Assembly: GCA_963726875.1 (NCBI GenBank) | Contig: CAVSDU010000012.1 | Span: forward strand, 20,323-84,322 | Reading direction: 5' to 3' | DNA length: 64,000 nt | Source of the DNA: an uncultured Actinomycetota bacterium | Lineage (GTDB): Bacteria > Actinomycetota > Actinomycetes > Mycobacteriales > Mycobacteriaceae | Shown here: piece by piece, positions 20,969 through 33,486 of the stretch | Position numbering within the stretch: the first letter of the stretch is position 1 | How the letters are laid out: each line of letters starts with the position of its first letter | Program-made: the position numbers and the translations under genes | The notes under the pieces: generated by a model | The model's input: the letters and a program-made list of their open reading frames with translations, nothing else | Told to the model about the DNA's origin: nothing | Databases searched by the model: none

Positions 20969-23947
20969 CGGCATTTACTTGCTTTCCGCTGAGCGCGGCG
21001 CGCGCCGCCGGGGTCAGCTTGCGAAACTCGTCGGTGGCGGCGTCGAAGTACCATGCCTGACGCCCGGATTTCGGGATTCCGGCCGCCCGCAATGCGCTGA
21101 CGGTGGGCCGGAATGTGGCGCTGAGCGTCATCTTCGGCACCACGTGCACGATGTCGGGTCCGAGCCCGACCGGCATGCTGTCGATGGCCTCCGTGAGGTC
21201 GGCCGCGGTGATCGTCGCGCCGGGCCGCAGTGTCACCGCGGACACCGCCAACTGCCGGTCGCCGACCGAGACGCCATAAGTCACCGCAAGGTCGACCGCG
21301 ATGATCAGGCCGAGCGCGTCAACGACCGGCTCCGCGTAGACCATGCCCGCGCGCCGTGCGGATCACCGCGCCGCGCCTGCCGGCCAGCCAGAAGTCGCCG
21401 TCTTCGTCGCGGCGGAACAGGAACTCGGTGGAGATCCAGGTGTCGGCCGGGAGCGAAGACCCCGCGCTTCACCGAGGCGGTCGGGTCGATCGGGCCGCGC
21501 GACTGGGCGAGCAGGACGCCGATCTGGTTGGTGGCGGCGACCTGCACGAAGCCGTCGTCGTTCTCCAGGATCAGGTCGTTCTCGGGGTCGTAGGCACCGA
21601 GTTCGACCCGGCCGACGCCGGGCAGCGGCCGGCCCTTGCTGCCGACCTTGGCGCCCGACACGTTGGCCAGTACCGCCTGCCCGTCGGTGGTGGCGAAGAA
21701 TTCGACGACGTGGGCGGGCGCGAACGCGTCGCACACGCGCTCCCAGAGACCGGTCGGCATACCCGAGCCGATGAACAGCCGGACCGGATGGTTGCCGTGC
21801 AACCCGAACTCGGGGTCGTCGACCACATCACGCAACATGGCCCAGGTGTAGGACACCACCGTGACGCCGTACTGACGGATCTCGGCGACGAAGCGGTCCG
21901 GGTGCAGGCCGCGGGACAGCGCGATGCGGGTGCCGCCGACGACCGCTCCGCCCAGGCTCACCAGGAGGGCGGACTCGTGGTGCAGCGGCGTCAGGCAGTA
22001 CACGGTGTCCTTGCGGTCCAGCGCGGCAGTCGACGCGGTCCCGAAAGCCGACAGGGCCCACCGGTAGTTGGTGATCTGCTTGGCGACCAGTTCGCCGCCG
22101 GCCGCGTTGAAGGCGATGAAAGCCAGGTCGCGCGCGAATCCCGGATTGGCGCGGTACCAGGCGGGCAGTTGCACCGCATCGGGGTCGATCTGTTCCATGT
22201 CAATGATGTCCGCGTCGTCCGGGAAATCCAGAGCCCGTGACTCACCCCCGCCCAGCACCAGAATCTGGCCCGGCAGCTGGCGGGCCGCTTCGAGGTTGCT
22301 GGGGTCGGTCAGGATTTCGCTGACTGCCCCGAGCCGGACCTGCGCCGCCAGGTCGACGTCTTGGCGCATCAACACCGCCACGCCGCCCAGCCGGGACAGC
22401 GCGGCGATCGCGACCAGCGCGCTGGGCCGGGTCTCCATCAGGATGCCCACCCGGTCGCCCTGGCGCACTCCGACCTCGATCAGGCCGCGCACGACGTTGT
22501 TGATGCGCCGGTTGACCGCCTCGTAGGTGTGCACGCGGCCGTCGAACAACAGGAATTCGCCCTGCGGCGCGTCGTGCGCCTGCTCTTCGATGATGCGGCC
22601 CAACGAGATTCGGGTGTGGTCATTGAGCTGTCCGAGGCGGGCCAGCCGCGGGAGCGTGCGGACCGTCTCGACGGCCAGGGTGCGCATGGAGCGGTTCGCC
22701 GCGACAACGGCGTCTGCCGCGCCGCGAGCCATTGCCAGCGCAGCCTCGGAAACTTCACCGATTCCGTGAGCGATCCTCGAGCTGAATGCCACACCGCTGT
22801 CGTTGTGTTCGGCCGGCTGCTCGACCATCAGACTGATGCTGGGCGGCTTGTCGCCGTTGTTGGAGATCCAGCGCACCCATTCGGCGACGGTGGGCCAGCT
22901 CTGCAGGGCCGCGCGGGATCCCACGACCAGACCGAAATGTCCGGTGCGGATCAGACATTCGTAGACTTCGGTGTTCGGCGCCGCCCGCCGGATGCCGCGC
23001 ACCGACGCGGGCTGGCCGATGTCGTCGACCTCGCCCACGAAAGCCAGGACCGGACAGGTGATGTCGGTGAGCGTCACCATCTGGCCGTTGATGGCGAAGC
23101 CGCCGGTCATCATCCGGTTGTGGGCGATGAACTGCTTGAGCAGTTCCGAGATGGCCGGGCCGGACCAGGCGATCCACCCCTCGCGCTCGAGGAACCTGCG
23201 CTGCTGCTCGCGGGGCAGCAGCGCCTCACGGTCATGCAATTGGCGCACGAAGTCGATGCGGGCCTGGGCCGTCTTGATCGGGTCCATCATCTGAAAACCG
23301 GTGCGCGCCATCCAACTTGGGATGTTCAACCGGTTGAACACATGGTCGGCCATGAAGTCGGCGACGCCGGCGCCCATGTTCGCCGGGATGCCCATCGGCA
23401 GCGCCGCGAGGGTGTCGACCGGGGAACCGAACGTCACGATGCTGCCCAGGTTCCTCGACCGCCGATAGGCCGCGACCTGATAGCACCACATCCCGCCCTG
23501 GGAGTAACCGACCAGGTGCACGTCCTGGCCGGCGGCGGCCCTGACCGTGTCGATGGCCTGGTCGAGCGCGACGATGTGGTCGGCCAGGGTGCGCCGCATG
23601 CCGCCCTCGACCTTGTCGGGTGACCCGAAGTCGATGACCCACGGGTCCAGCCCGCTGGCGTGCAGAATGCCCACCGCGCCGTCTTCACGGGTGACGTCCC
23701 ACATGTCGGCCGACATCATCATCGGGTGCACCATCAGCACCGGCGGACCCACCGGCGGCTGGCCGGGCCGGTTGTCGGGCGGAAAGTACCGTCGCAGCTT
23801 GTACATCGGCACGCTCTCGACGATCTGGGACGGCGACGGGATGCTGCCGGTTTCCAGACCCCCCAGCCGTAGTACTTCCAGACCATTCTGAGCTGTGGCC
23901 ACCAGCCGCTCGACCGGTCGCGTGACCATCGAAAAATTGAGATCCAC
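20961..23947 (-). CDS. bifunctional alpha/beta hydrolase and acyl-CoA synthetase-like protein (Rv1683-like; apparent frameshifts near 21450 and 21345)
   Basis: GYSQG nucleophile motif in a PHA-synthase-like N-terminal half, followed by a FATP-like C-terminal half (YCLTPLHH, VEFFATTDG). Confidence 0.88.
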
Positions 23948-24179
23948 CACTGCTCCCTGAGTGCTTCCTGGATGACCTTGACCAGCGTGGACATCATGGC
24001 ACATCGGCCTGGGCGTGTGGTCTGGGTCACTCTCTTGCCGCGGGTGGCGGCACCGGCGGGCAGCCCTTCGGACTCTTCGGCGGTGAACCACGCAGTTCAC
24101 CCAGCCGGTAATTCAGCAGTGAAACTGCCCGAGTAGAGGCCAGCAGAAATACAGTCTGGGCGAAGCGATCGGGTGTGGC

Positions 24180-25859
24180 CTACCCGCGATCCGTAGTCGG
24201 GCCCGCGTCGTCGTCAGCGCTCCAGGTGCCCGGCAGCATCGGAACCCGCGGGCTACCGCCGAACCCGTCGTCGGCCTGCGTCGTCAAACCCGCGGCTGTA
24301 CCGGCGCTCCGCCTCGGCACAGTCCCGGCGAATCCCATCGGTGCCGCGCCCGAAGCCGACACCTCGGGCTCCAGGTCCATGTATTCGTACCCACGGCCGA
24401 GCTGGGTGACCTTCGCCCGCCGGCGCCGCGGTGCGCCGGCGTGTTCCCTGGTTGTCGGCGCGGCCATGGGCTCCTCGGCGCTCTCGGGTTCCGGCGCCTG
24501 CCTCCGGGCGCCGGCACCGGCTGCTTTCTTGGCTACCGAGCCAAGGTCACCCACCAGGTAGCCGAAGTTCTCCATGCCGGCCCCTAGGCCCAGACCTAGG
24601 CCGGTGCCCGTCACCGTCGGTGGCGCCGCGGTCGGCGGCGGAGGCGCCCCGGGGGCGGGCGCCGAAACGGTCGCCTCGGCCGGGGCCGGTGCCGGCGACG
24701 AGGTGGAGGTCGGGACCGTCGGGGCCAGCGCGGCCAGCGGCGGGGTGATCGGCGGCGCGACGGGCGGCGCGGGCGGGACCGCAGCCAGCGCCACCAGACC
24801 CTTGACCCCGATCGGCGCCAGCACCGCGCCGGCAGCCAGCGGCACCAACGGGGCCGTCAGCAACGGCACCACCACGGCCAGCAGCACTATCGTCTGCTCG
24901 AGCAGCGTCTTGAGCAGCGCGATGGTGTCGGTGATGACCGTGCCGATGATTTCCACGGTGACGAACAGAATCGTGAAGCCGATGGTCGCGGGGTTGCCCG
25001 AGGCGAACGCCGCGGTGAGGTCCAGCGCGACAAACGAGAACATCTGCGACAGCAGCACCACGTAGGTGCCGATATCCATCGGGTAACCGAGAGCGAACGC
25101 AACGTTGAACGGGCTCAGGTAGGTGAGCGGGTTGCCGAGGATGACGAGATACGGGTCGAACCCGGAGAACAGCGCCTGGAAGAAAGGGACGTTCGACAGC
25201 GCGTCGGTCAACGGCTGAATGTAGTCGTCGTAGAAGTCGATATAGCCGATGTCCTGCAGCCAGCTGAAAAAGTCGTTCTGCCGGTCCGGAGGCAAATCAT
25301 CGGCGGCGGCCAGCGCGCCGGTTGTGACGATCTCCGGCGCTGCGCTGGTCTGCGGCGCGGTGTTCACCGCCGCGGCGGCAACGGCCTGATAGGTACTCAT
25401 CACGGTGGCAGCCTGAATCCACATCCGCACGTAGTCGGCCTCGTTGAGCGCGATCGGAATCGTATTGATGCCAAAGAAATTCGTCGCGACCAACACCGCG
25501 TGGGTGGCGTGATTGGCAGCCAGCTGCGCCAACGTGGGCATGGCGGTCAGCGCGGTGGTCCACGCGGTGGCCGCGGTTTCCTGCCGGGCAGCCAGGGCGG
25601 CGCTGTTGGCCGCAGCCTGGGTGAGCCACGCCAGATACGGCACGTGCGCCGCCACGTATGCCTGCGCCGTCGGGCCGTTCCAGTCACCGGCCGGCACGGT
25701 CGCCAATACCGCCGCAAGTTCCTCGGCCGTCTCCGCGTAGGTGGTGCTCAGCGAACTCCAGGCCGCCGCCCCGGCCAGTAACGGACCGGCGCCGGGGCCG
25801 CTGCTCAGCAGCGCTGAGTGCACCTCCGGCGGACTGGCCATCCAGATCGGGGCGGTCAT
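24180..25859 (-). CDS. PPE protein, PPE-PPW subfamily (PPE2-like)
   Basis: MTAPIWMASPPEVHSALL and TNFFGINTIPIALNEADYVRMW, a hydrophobic middle, then RGYEYMD, GFAGT and PMLPGTW. Confidence 0.93.
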   Translation of the reverse strand: MTAPIWMASPPEVHSALLSSGPGAGPLLAGAAAWSSLSTTYAETAEELAAVLATVPAGDWNGPTAQAYVAAHVPYLAWLTQAAANSAALAARQETAATAWTTALTAMPTLAQLAANHATHAVLVATNFFGINTIPIALNEADYVRMWIQAATVMSTYQAVAAAAVNTAPQTSAAPEIVTTGALAAADDLPPDRQNDFFSWLQDIGYIDFYDDYIQPLTDALSNVPFFQALFSGFDPYLVILGNPLTYLSPFNVAFALGYPMDIGTYVVLLSQMFSFVALDLTAAFASGNPATIGFTILFVTVEIIGTVITDTIALLKTLLEQTIVLLAVVVPLLTAPLVPLAAGAVLAPIGVKGLVALAAVPPAPPVAPPITPPLAALAPTVPTSTSSPAPAPAEATVSAPAPGAPPPPTAAPPTVTGTGLGLGLGAGMENFGYLVGDLGSVAKKAAGAGARRQAPEPESAEEPMAAPTTREHAGAPRRRRAKVTQLGRGYEYMDLEPEVSASGAAPMGFAGTVPRRSAGTAAGLTTQADDGFGGSPRVPMLPGTWSADDDAGPTTDRG

Positions 25860-25977
25860 CGTGCACCGGCCCGGCTGGAGACTGAAAGCATTGTCAGCGT
25901 TGAGAATTCAAGAGTAAGGAGCCGAAAATACATCGGACGACGATCGCTCTCTCGGGGTACACCGCCCCGGGTCGCAG

Positions 25978-26125
25978 GACGCGATGACGCGAGTATCCTG
26001 GCTCTCGGATCGCTGCTCGCCTCGCCTTCCAGCTAATCGCCGTGGCGTATGAGGGTCGCTCCCCGATTACAGTGGCGGGACCGCGCCGGCTTCGCACCGG
26101 CTTCCTGCATCGTCATTGCCTTACC
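25978..26125 (-). ncRNA. cobalamin riboswitch
   Basis: Minus strand reads CAGGAAGCCGGTGCGAAGCCGGCGCGGTCCCGCCACTGTAA...GCCACGG...CTGGAAGGC...GAGCCAGGATAC. The 5' GCAATGACG can pair with the 3' CGTCATCGC. Confidence 0.93.
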
Positions 26126-26189
26126 GGTGCATTGTCGCATCCTGCCGGCGCCAGTGGTAGCGAACAGGGCGGCCGGTAGCCTCGATCCA

Positions 26190-27958
26190 GTGGCACACCT
26201 GCTCGGAGCCGAGGCCGTCCACCTGGCATATCCGACCCAGGTGATATTCGAATCGGTCACCCTCGGCGTGAATGACGGCGCCCGGATTGGCATCGTCGGC
26301 CGCAACGGGGACGGCAAGTCCAGCCTGATGGGTCTACTCACCGGCCAGCTCAAGCCGGACTCCGGGCGGGTCACCCAGCGCAGCGGTTTACGGGTGAGCG
26401 CGCTGGCCCAGGCGGACACCCTGGATCCCGAGCACACCGTCGGCTGGGCGCTGGTCGGTGACCAACCCGAACACCAGTGGGCCGGCGACGTCCGGGTACG
26501 CGACGTGGTCGCCGGGTTGGTGTCCGATATCGATTGGGACGCAATGATTTCCACGCTGAGCGGCGGCCAGCGCCGACGGGTGCAGCTGGCCCAGTTGCTG
26601 ATCGGCGAGTGGGATGTGATCGCCCTCGACGAACCCACCAACCACCTCGACATCGAGGGCATCACCTGGCTGGCGGGTCACTTGACACAACGCTGGGCGC
26701 GCAACAGCGGCGGGTTGCTGGTGGTCACCCATGACCGCTGGTTCCTGGACGAAGTCGCGACCGCAACATGGGAAGTGCACGACGGCATCGTGGAGCCGTT
26801 CGAAGGTGGTTACGCAGCGTATGTGCTGCAGCGGGTAGAGCGGGACCGCCAGGCCGCGGCGTCGGAGGCCAAACGGCAGAACCTGATGCGCAAGGAGCTG
26901 GCCTGGTTGCGCCGCGGCGCCCCCGCGCGCACCTCTAAACCCAAGTTCCGCATCGAGGCCGCCAACCAGTTGATCGCCGACGTGCCGCCGCTGCGCAACG
27001 GCGTGGAACTGGCCAAGCTGGCGACAGCCCGACTGGGCAAAGACGTCATCGACCTGCTCGACGTCTCGGTCTCCTATGACGGGCGCCCGGTGCTGCGCGA
27101 CGTCGAGTGGCGGATGGCCCGGGCGAACGCACCGGGATCGTCGGGGCCAACGGCGCCGGGAAGTCCACATTGCTGGGATTGATCGCCGGCACGGTTCAAC
27201 CTGAGACCGGGCGGGTCAAGCGCGGCAAGACGGTCCGGCTGGCGGTGCTGGACCAGCAGGGCGACGAACTGACCGCGCTGGCCGGCGAGCGGATCGCCGA
27301 CGTGCTCGGCCGGCTGCAAAGCGGCTACGAGGTCGAGGGTCGTGAGATGACACCGGCGCAGCTCCTGGAGCGGTTGGGCTTCGACCGGGGGCAGCTGTCG
27401 GCCCGTATCGGCGAACTGTCCGGCGGCCAGCGCCGGCGCCTGCAGCTGATGCTCACACTGCTGTCGGAACCCAACGTGTTGCTCCTCGACGAGCCCACCA
27501 ACGATGTCGACACCGACATGCTGACCGCCACCGAGGACCTGCTCGACTCCTGGCCGGGCACCCTGATCGTCGTTTCGCACGACCGCTACCTGCTGGAACG
27601 CATCACCGACCAGCAGTACGCGATCCTGGACGGCCGGCTGCGGCACTTACCGGGAGGCATCGACGAGTACCTGGCGCTGGCCACCCAGTCGTCCGCCAAG
27701 CCGTCGGCGCCGGCGCCGGAACCGCGGCAGGCGATGTCGGGGGCGCAGCGGCGCGCCGCCGAGAAGGACTTGGCCTCCGTCGACCGCCAGTTGGCCCGCC
27801 TTGCCACCCGGATCGAGGCCAAGCACACCGAACTCGCCGAGTACGACCAATCCGACCACGTCGGCATCACGCGCTTGACCCGGGAATTGCGCAGTCTCGA
27901 GGACGAGGTCGCCGCATTGGAGGCGCAATGGCTGGAGTTGTCGGAGGTGCTGGAATGA
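26190..27958 (+). CDS. ABC-F family ATP-binding protein (Rv1668c/Rv1667c-like; apparent frameshift near 27115)
   Basis: Two ATPase cassettes (GRNGDGKSS, GANGAGKST), the linker ELAWLRRGAPARTSKPK, a C-terminal coiled coil, and no TM segments. Confidence 0.92.
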
Positions 27959-29247
27959 AGCCGGTGTCTTACCCGCCTGGCGATGCTCTGCTGGCGGCAT
28001 ATCGGCGCCGCGGCCCGGTCATCAACACCGGGATCGGACGGCACGGTTTCGTCTATCTGCTCGGGCCGGAAGCGAATAAGTTCGTGTTCGCCAATGCCGC
28101 TGCGTTCAGTTGGCGGGAGACTTTCGAGAGCCTGGCGCCGGTCGACGGGCCGACCGCGCTGATCGTCAGCGACGGAGAAGACCACCGCCGCCGGCGCAGC
28201 GTGGTGGCGCCGGGATTGCGGCACCGCCAGATCCAGGACTACGTGCAGACCATGGTGCGCTCCGTCGACACCATGATCGACAGCTGGCGGCCCGGGCAAC
28301 GTCTGGACATCTACCAGGACTTCCGTTCGGCGGTGCGGCGCAGCACAGCTGAGAGCCTGTTCGGCTCTCGAATGGCAGCGCATTCGGATTTCCTCGGCGA
28401 GCAACTGCAGCCCCTGCTGGACCTGACCCATCGCCCACCCCAGGTGATGAGCCTGCAACGGCGGCTGCGCTCCCCCGGCTGGCGGCGGGCGATGGACGCC
28501 CGCTCACGCATCGACGAGTTGATGGATGCCGAGATCGCCGATGCCCGTGCCCGGCCCAGACCCGACGACCACATGCTGACGACGCTGCTCCAAGGGCGGT
28601 CCGACGAAGGACAAACCCTGAGCGACAACGAGATCCGTGACCAGATCGTTTCGATGATCACGGCGGGCTACGAAACCACCAGCGGCGCACTGGCCTGGGC
28701 CGCCTACTGCTGTTGACGTTGCCCGGCGCCTGGGACACCGCGGCCGCCGAGGTGGAACGGGTGCTCAGCGGTCAAACGCCGACCGCCGCAGACCTCCCCG
28801 CCCTGACCTATCTGAACGGCGTTGTGCACGAGACACTTCGGCTGTACCCACCTGGGGTCATCTCGGGCCGCCGGGTGATGCGCGACCTTCGGTTCAACGG
28901 GCACCGGATCCGCGCGGGGCGCATGATCGTCTTCAGCGCCTATGTCACCCACCGGCTTCCCGAGTTATGGCCCGAGCCAACCGAATTCCGTCCGCGGCGC
29001 TGGGATCCAACAGCAGCGGACTACCGCAAACCCGCGCCGCATGAGTTCATTCCGTTCAGCGGCGGCTTGCACCGGTGCATCGGTTCGGTGATGGCCATCA
29101 CCGAGATGACAGTGATGTTGGCCCGGCTGGTCGCCCAGAACCGAACTAGGGCTGCCCGCTCAGCGCATCCGGGCCGCGAACTTCGCCGCGCTCAGTCCTC
29201 GGCCGGGGCTGACGGTGGAAGTCCGCGATTCAGCGCCAGCGCAGTAG
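27955..29247 (+). CDS. cyp139: cytochrome P450 CYP139 (apparent frameshifts near 28705 and 29150)
   Basis: [15 protein letters not shown] and [10 protein letters not shown]. Convergent with pks11. Confidence 0.9.
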
Positions 29248-30291
29248 CACGAGTTCAGTGCAGAATCCGGGTCCCATCGCCAACATCAGCCCGGGACTTC
29301 CGCCGGGCGGCCGCTTCTCGATGGTGTCGCGCAGGATGTGCAGCACCGACGCCGAGGACAGGTTGCCGATCTCGCCGAGGGAGCGCCAGGTCAGCTCGAG
29401 CGCCTCTGGCGCGAGCTCAAGACAGTTGGTGATCGCATCGATCACCTTCGGTCCACCGGGGTGGCTCACCCAGGTGCCGATGTCCTGCCGGGTCAGGTCA
29501 TGGAGGGCGAGGAACCCGTCGACGTCGGCCGGCAGGTGCGCTTCGATCAGGTCGGTCAGATCCGGGGAAAGCCGCAGTTGCAGGCCGTGTGAACCGACGT
29601 CCCAGCCCATGATGTCCAGTGACTCGGGGTACAGACGGCTGCGGGAATCGATGATGGTGGGTCCGGTGGCCCCGATCTGTTCGGCGCGGCGGTCACCCAC
29701 GGCGACGACGGCGGCGGCGCCATCACCGAACAGCGCCGTGCCGATCAGGCCTGACACCGTGGGTTTGACCGCCGGGTACGTGAGCGAGCACAGCTCAACG
29801 GAGATCAGCACCGCGACGCCGTCAGGCGCACCGCGCAGGTAGTCGTGCAGGCGGGCCACGCCCGCCGCACCGGCCACACAACCCAGGCCGAACAGCGGCA
29901 TCCGGCGCACATCAGGGCGCATCCCCAGCCGCCCGGCGATCCGGGCGTCCAGTGAGGGAACCGCGACGCCGGTGACCGTGGTGGTGGCGATCATGTCGAT
30001 GTCCTGCGGTTGCAGGCCGGCTTCGTCCAGCGCGCCCATCAGCGCCTCGATGCCGAGGTCAACCGCCTTATCGATGAAAATCTCATTGGCATCGCCGAAG
30101 TCGCTCAGGGACGGGTAGCGGTCCAGCGGCAGCGCGAAGTGGCGGTTGTTCACCTTGGCGGACTTGTGCAGGCGCCGAACGATCTCTTCGTGTTCCGTCA
30201 AGCCGGGGAACTCGACGAACAGATCGGTGATCTCACTCTGGCTGTATCGGTGTGGTGGCAACGCACCGAAGACCCCTGCGATGACGCTCAT
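29230..30291 (-). CDS. pks11: type III polyketide synthase Pks11
   Basis: Catalytic triad motifs GLGCVAG, HPGGPK and GNLSSAS. Position after pks9. Confidence 0.9.
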   Translation of the reverse strand: MSVIAGVFGALPPHRYSQSEITDLFVEFPGLTEHEEIVRRLHKSAKVNNRHFALPLDRYPSLSDFGDANEIFIDKAVDLGIEALMGALDEAGLQPQDIDMIATTTVTGVAVPSLDARIAGRLGMRPDVRRMPLFGLGCVAGAAGVARLHDYLRGAPDGVAVLISVELCSLTYPAVKPTVSGLIGTALFGDGAAAVVAVGDRRAEQIGATGPTIIDSRSRLYPESLDIMGWDVGSHGLQLRLSPDLTDLIEAHLPADVDGFLALHDLTRQDIGTWVSHPGGPKVIDAITNCLELAPEALELTWRSLGEIGNLSSASVLHILRDTIEKRPPGGSPGLMLAMGPGFCTELVLLRWR

Positions 30292-30445
30292 TGACCCCGC
30301 CTCATTCAGTTGCTCGCCGGACAGCCCACCCCGAAAAGACTCCGTAAATAGCAGAGTTTAGTTCGGTTTCGGCAGCCTCGCAAAGACGGTGATATTCAAC
30401 ACCTGTCGTATTTCTGTGAGATTTATTTGTTCGCAGCACACATTG

Positions 30446-33400
30446 TCAGCCATTATCATCACCGGGCTCGAGCGTCATCGCGATTAGCGCGTCAGGGCTC
30501 AGCGAGTCGATTAATTCATCGCTTTGCGATGCGCTTGACGTGGGCGTTTTCGGCTGGCCGGCCAACAGCAGCAGTTTGTCGAGTAATCCGGTTCGGCGGA
30601 GCTCGCTGATTGGAATAGTGTGCAGTAACGACCAAATCCGGTCGTCGTCGGAATCGTCGCCGGAGTGGCCCGACAGTTGTTGCGCGAGATGCTCGGCCAG
30701 GGCGATTGGAGTGGGGTAGTCGAAAATCATGGTGCGCGATAGTGACAATCCCGCCAAAGCGCTCTCCGTTTTCAGGCGATTACGCAGTTCCACACCGCTC
30801 ATCGAGGTGAAGCCGAGGTCTTGGAAGGCTCGTTCGGCATCGATGTCGCCCCGCCCGGCGTGCCCCAGCACGACGGCGGCGTGAAAGCACACCAACTCGA
30901 CCAGCCGGCGATGCTGATCGTCGGCATCCAGATCCTGCAACCGTTCGGCGCTCGGGGCCGTGACCGGGGTGTCGTCTCCGGTCCCCAACCAAAAGCGGCG
31001 CCGCACGAATCCGTAGGTCGGTAACTCCACCCGCCGTGCTCTCAGACCGTCGAACGTGGCGGGCCAGGCGACATCGACTCCCTTGAGCGAACAGCTTCCC
31101 GACAGCGGTGAGCAGGGCATCGGCCTCGTCGCGACCATCCATCAGGGTCGCGACCGAAACGTCCTGGTCGGCCGTCAGACCGGCGCCGGGGCCCACTTCG
31201 ATGAACACCCCGCCACCCAGGCCCGCTGCCGTCTGCATTCCATCGGCGAACCGCACCGGACGGCGCACATGATCGACCCAGTACTGTGCCGACCCGTAGC
31301 CCTCGCCGGCCAGCTCGCCAGTGACGTTGGATATCAACCTGATCCGCGGCTCCGAGACTTTCAGGTCGGCGAGGCACGTCAAGAATTCCTCGAGCATGGG
31401 CTCCATCAGCGTCGAGTGGAACGCATGCGACACCGCGAGCCGGTGCACCCGGCGGCCCCGGGCCGCCAACCGCTCCGCCACCGCGCCCACCGCGTCTTCT
31501 GAACCGGACAACACCACCGAATCCGGAGCGTTCACTGCCGCCAGACTGACGCGCTCCCCCAGCAACGGCGCCACCTCGGCTTCACCAACGGCCGCGGCGA
31601 CCATCACCCCTCCCGCCGGCAAACCGGCCATCAGCCGCCCGCGAAGGGCCACCAGCCGCGCCGCCTCCGACAGTGACAGCACCCCGGCCAGGTGGGCGGC
31701 GGCGACTTCACCCACCGAGTGACCCAGCAACAGATCGGGTGCTATCCCCCAGGACTGCAAGAGCGCGGCCACCGCCAGCTGTATCGCGAACAAGCTTGGC
31801 TGAGCGAACTCGGTACTCTGCAGCAGTGACTGGTCGCGACCCCAGATCACTTGTCGCAGAGGAAATCTCAGATGCGGATCGACCGCTTCGACAACGGCGT
31901 CAAAAGCCGCCGCGAACGCCGCGAACCGGTGGTAAAGCTGCCGGCCCATGCCCAGATACTGGGAGCCCTGCCCGGGAAACACCAACACCACCCCGCCCGG
32001 TGTGTCGGCCCGGCCGACCATCACGCCCGAACCCGCAGCACCCGTTGCCAAATCTTCCAGACCCGCCGTCAACTGCACGCGGTCCGAGCCGACCACGACG
32101 GCCCGGTGCTCGAACGTCGAGCGCGTGGTCACCAAAGACCAACCCACATCGGCAATCCCGCCCTCACCCAGCTGCCCGGCAAGGCGACCCGCCTGAACGC
32201 TCAGCGCGTCAGCCGACCGCGCGGTGAGCACCCAGGGGACGGTCACGTCGTCGACGGTGCAGGCGACCGCACCATCCTCTTCCGCAACGGGAGCTTGTTC
32301 GACGATGACGTGCGCATTGGTGCCGCCCATGCCGAACGACGAGACTCCGGCGCGCCGGGGCGCAGCCTCCCAGGGCGTCAGGGTGGTGTTCACGCGCAGG
32401 CCCAGCGCTGCCAGATCGATCCCCGCCGTAGCGAAGTTGAGACTTGCTGGGATCGCACCGTTTTCGATGGAGAGCACCGTTTTGACCAGGCCCGCGACTC
32501 CGGCGGCCGCGCCGGCGTGACCGACGTTGGTCTTGACGGACCCGATAGCCACTGGATGGTGCCGGCGCTCACCGAAGACGGCGCCCAGAGCCCTGGCCTC
32601 CACCGGGTCTCCCACGTCGGTGCCGGTTCCGTGGGCTTCGACGTAGTCGACCTGATCGCAGTTCAGTCCCGCGCTGGACAATGCGCGCTGGATGACCTCG
32701 GTCTGGGCCGCGAGGGAAGGCACCGTCAGTCCGGCGCCGTCGCGGCCGGCATTGCCGACGGCACTGCCCGAAATGACGGCGTGGATGCGGTTGCCATCAC
32801 GTAGGGCAGCGCTGAGCGGCTTCAGCAGGACCAGGCCGGCACCCTCGCCGCGCACGTAACCGTCGGCTCGCCGGTCAAACGCGTACGTGTGGCCGGAAGG
32901 CGAGACCGCCCCGAATTCCTGTTCCAGCAGCGCGGTTTCAGGTGCCAGGTTGAGATGGATACCACCGGCCACCGCCATCGTCGACGCGCCCGTTCGCAGC
33001 CCCGCGCAGGCTTCGTGAACCGCCACCAGGGAAGAGGATTGACCGGAGTCGACGGTCATGCTGGGGCCGCGCAAGCCGAAGGCATAGGAGACCCGGTTGG
33101 CGATCATCCCCCGACTCAGGCCGGCAAACGCATGGTGGTCCACCTGGTGGCCGGCCTGGCGCACCGTCAGCATCGTGTAGTCGTCACTCATCGCTCCGAG
33201 GTACACGGCGATCTGCTCACCTCGCAGGGTGTCCGGCACCAGAAACGCGTCTTCGAACAGCTCCCAGGTCAATTCCAGGGCAAGTCGTTGCCGCGGGTCC
33301 ATTGCACACGCCTCGCGCGGTGACACGCTGAAGAAAGCGGCGTCGAAGTCGGCTACGGCGGCCAGGGGTTCGGTGACCTCACGTCCGTCGCGCAGCAATT

Positions 33401-33476
33401 GCCAGAATTCGCGCGGGTTGGTGGCAGCCGGGAATCTGCACGCAAGCCCGATGATTGCGATGTCCGTCGGTTGCAC
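30446..33476 (-). CDS. pks9: type I PKS, KSQ-AT-ACP (Pks9; apparent frameshift near 31085)
   Basis: KS active site TVDSGQSSSL (Gln replaces Cys). AT GHSVG/HAFH. ACP LGFTSMSGVELRN. Confidence 0.88.
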
Positions 33477-33486
33477 GGCCGCCCTC

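Noticed and set aside
26190-27958. ABC-F split as programmed frameshifting or as the same split seen in H37Rv
   Set aside because: The break lies next to a GGCCCGGG run like the other apparent errors, and no slippery site is evident.
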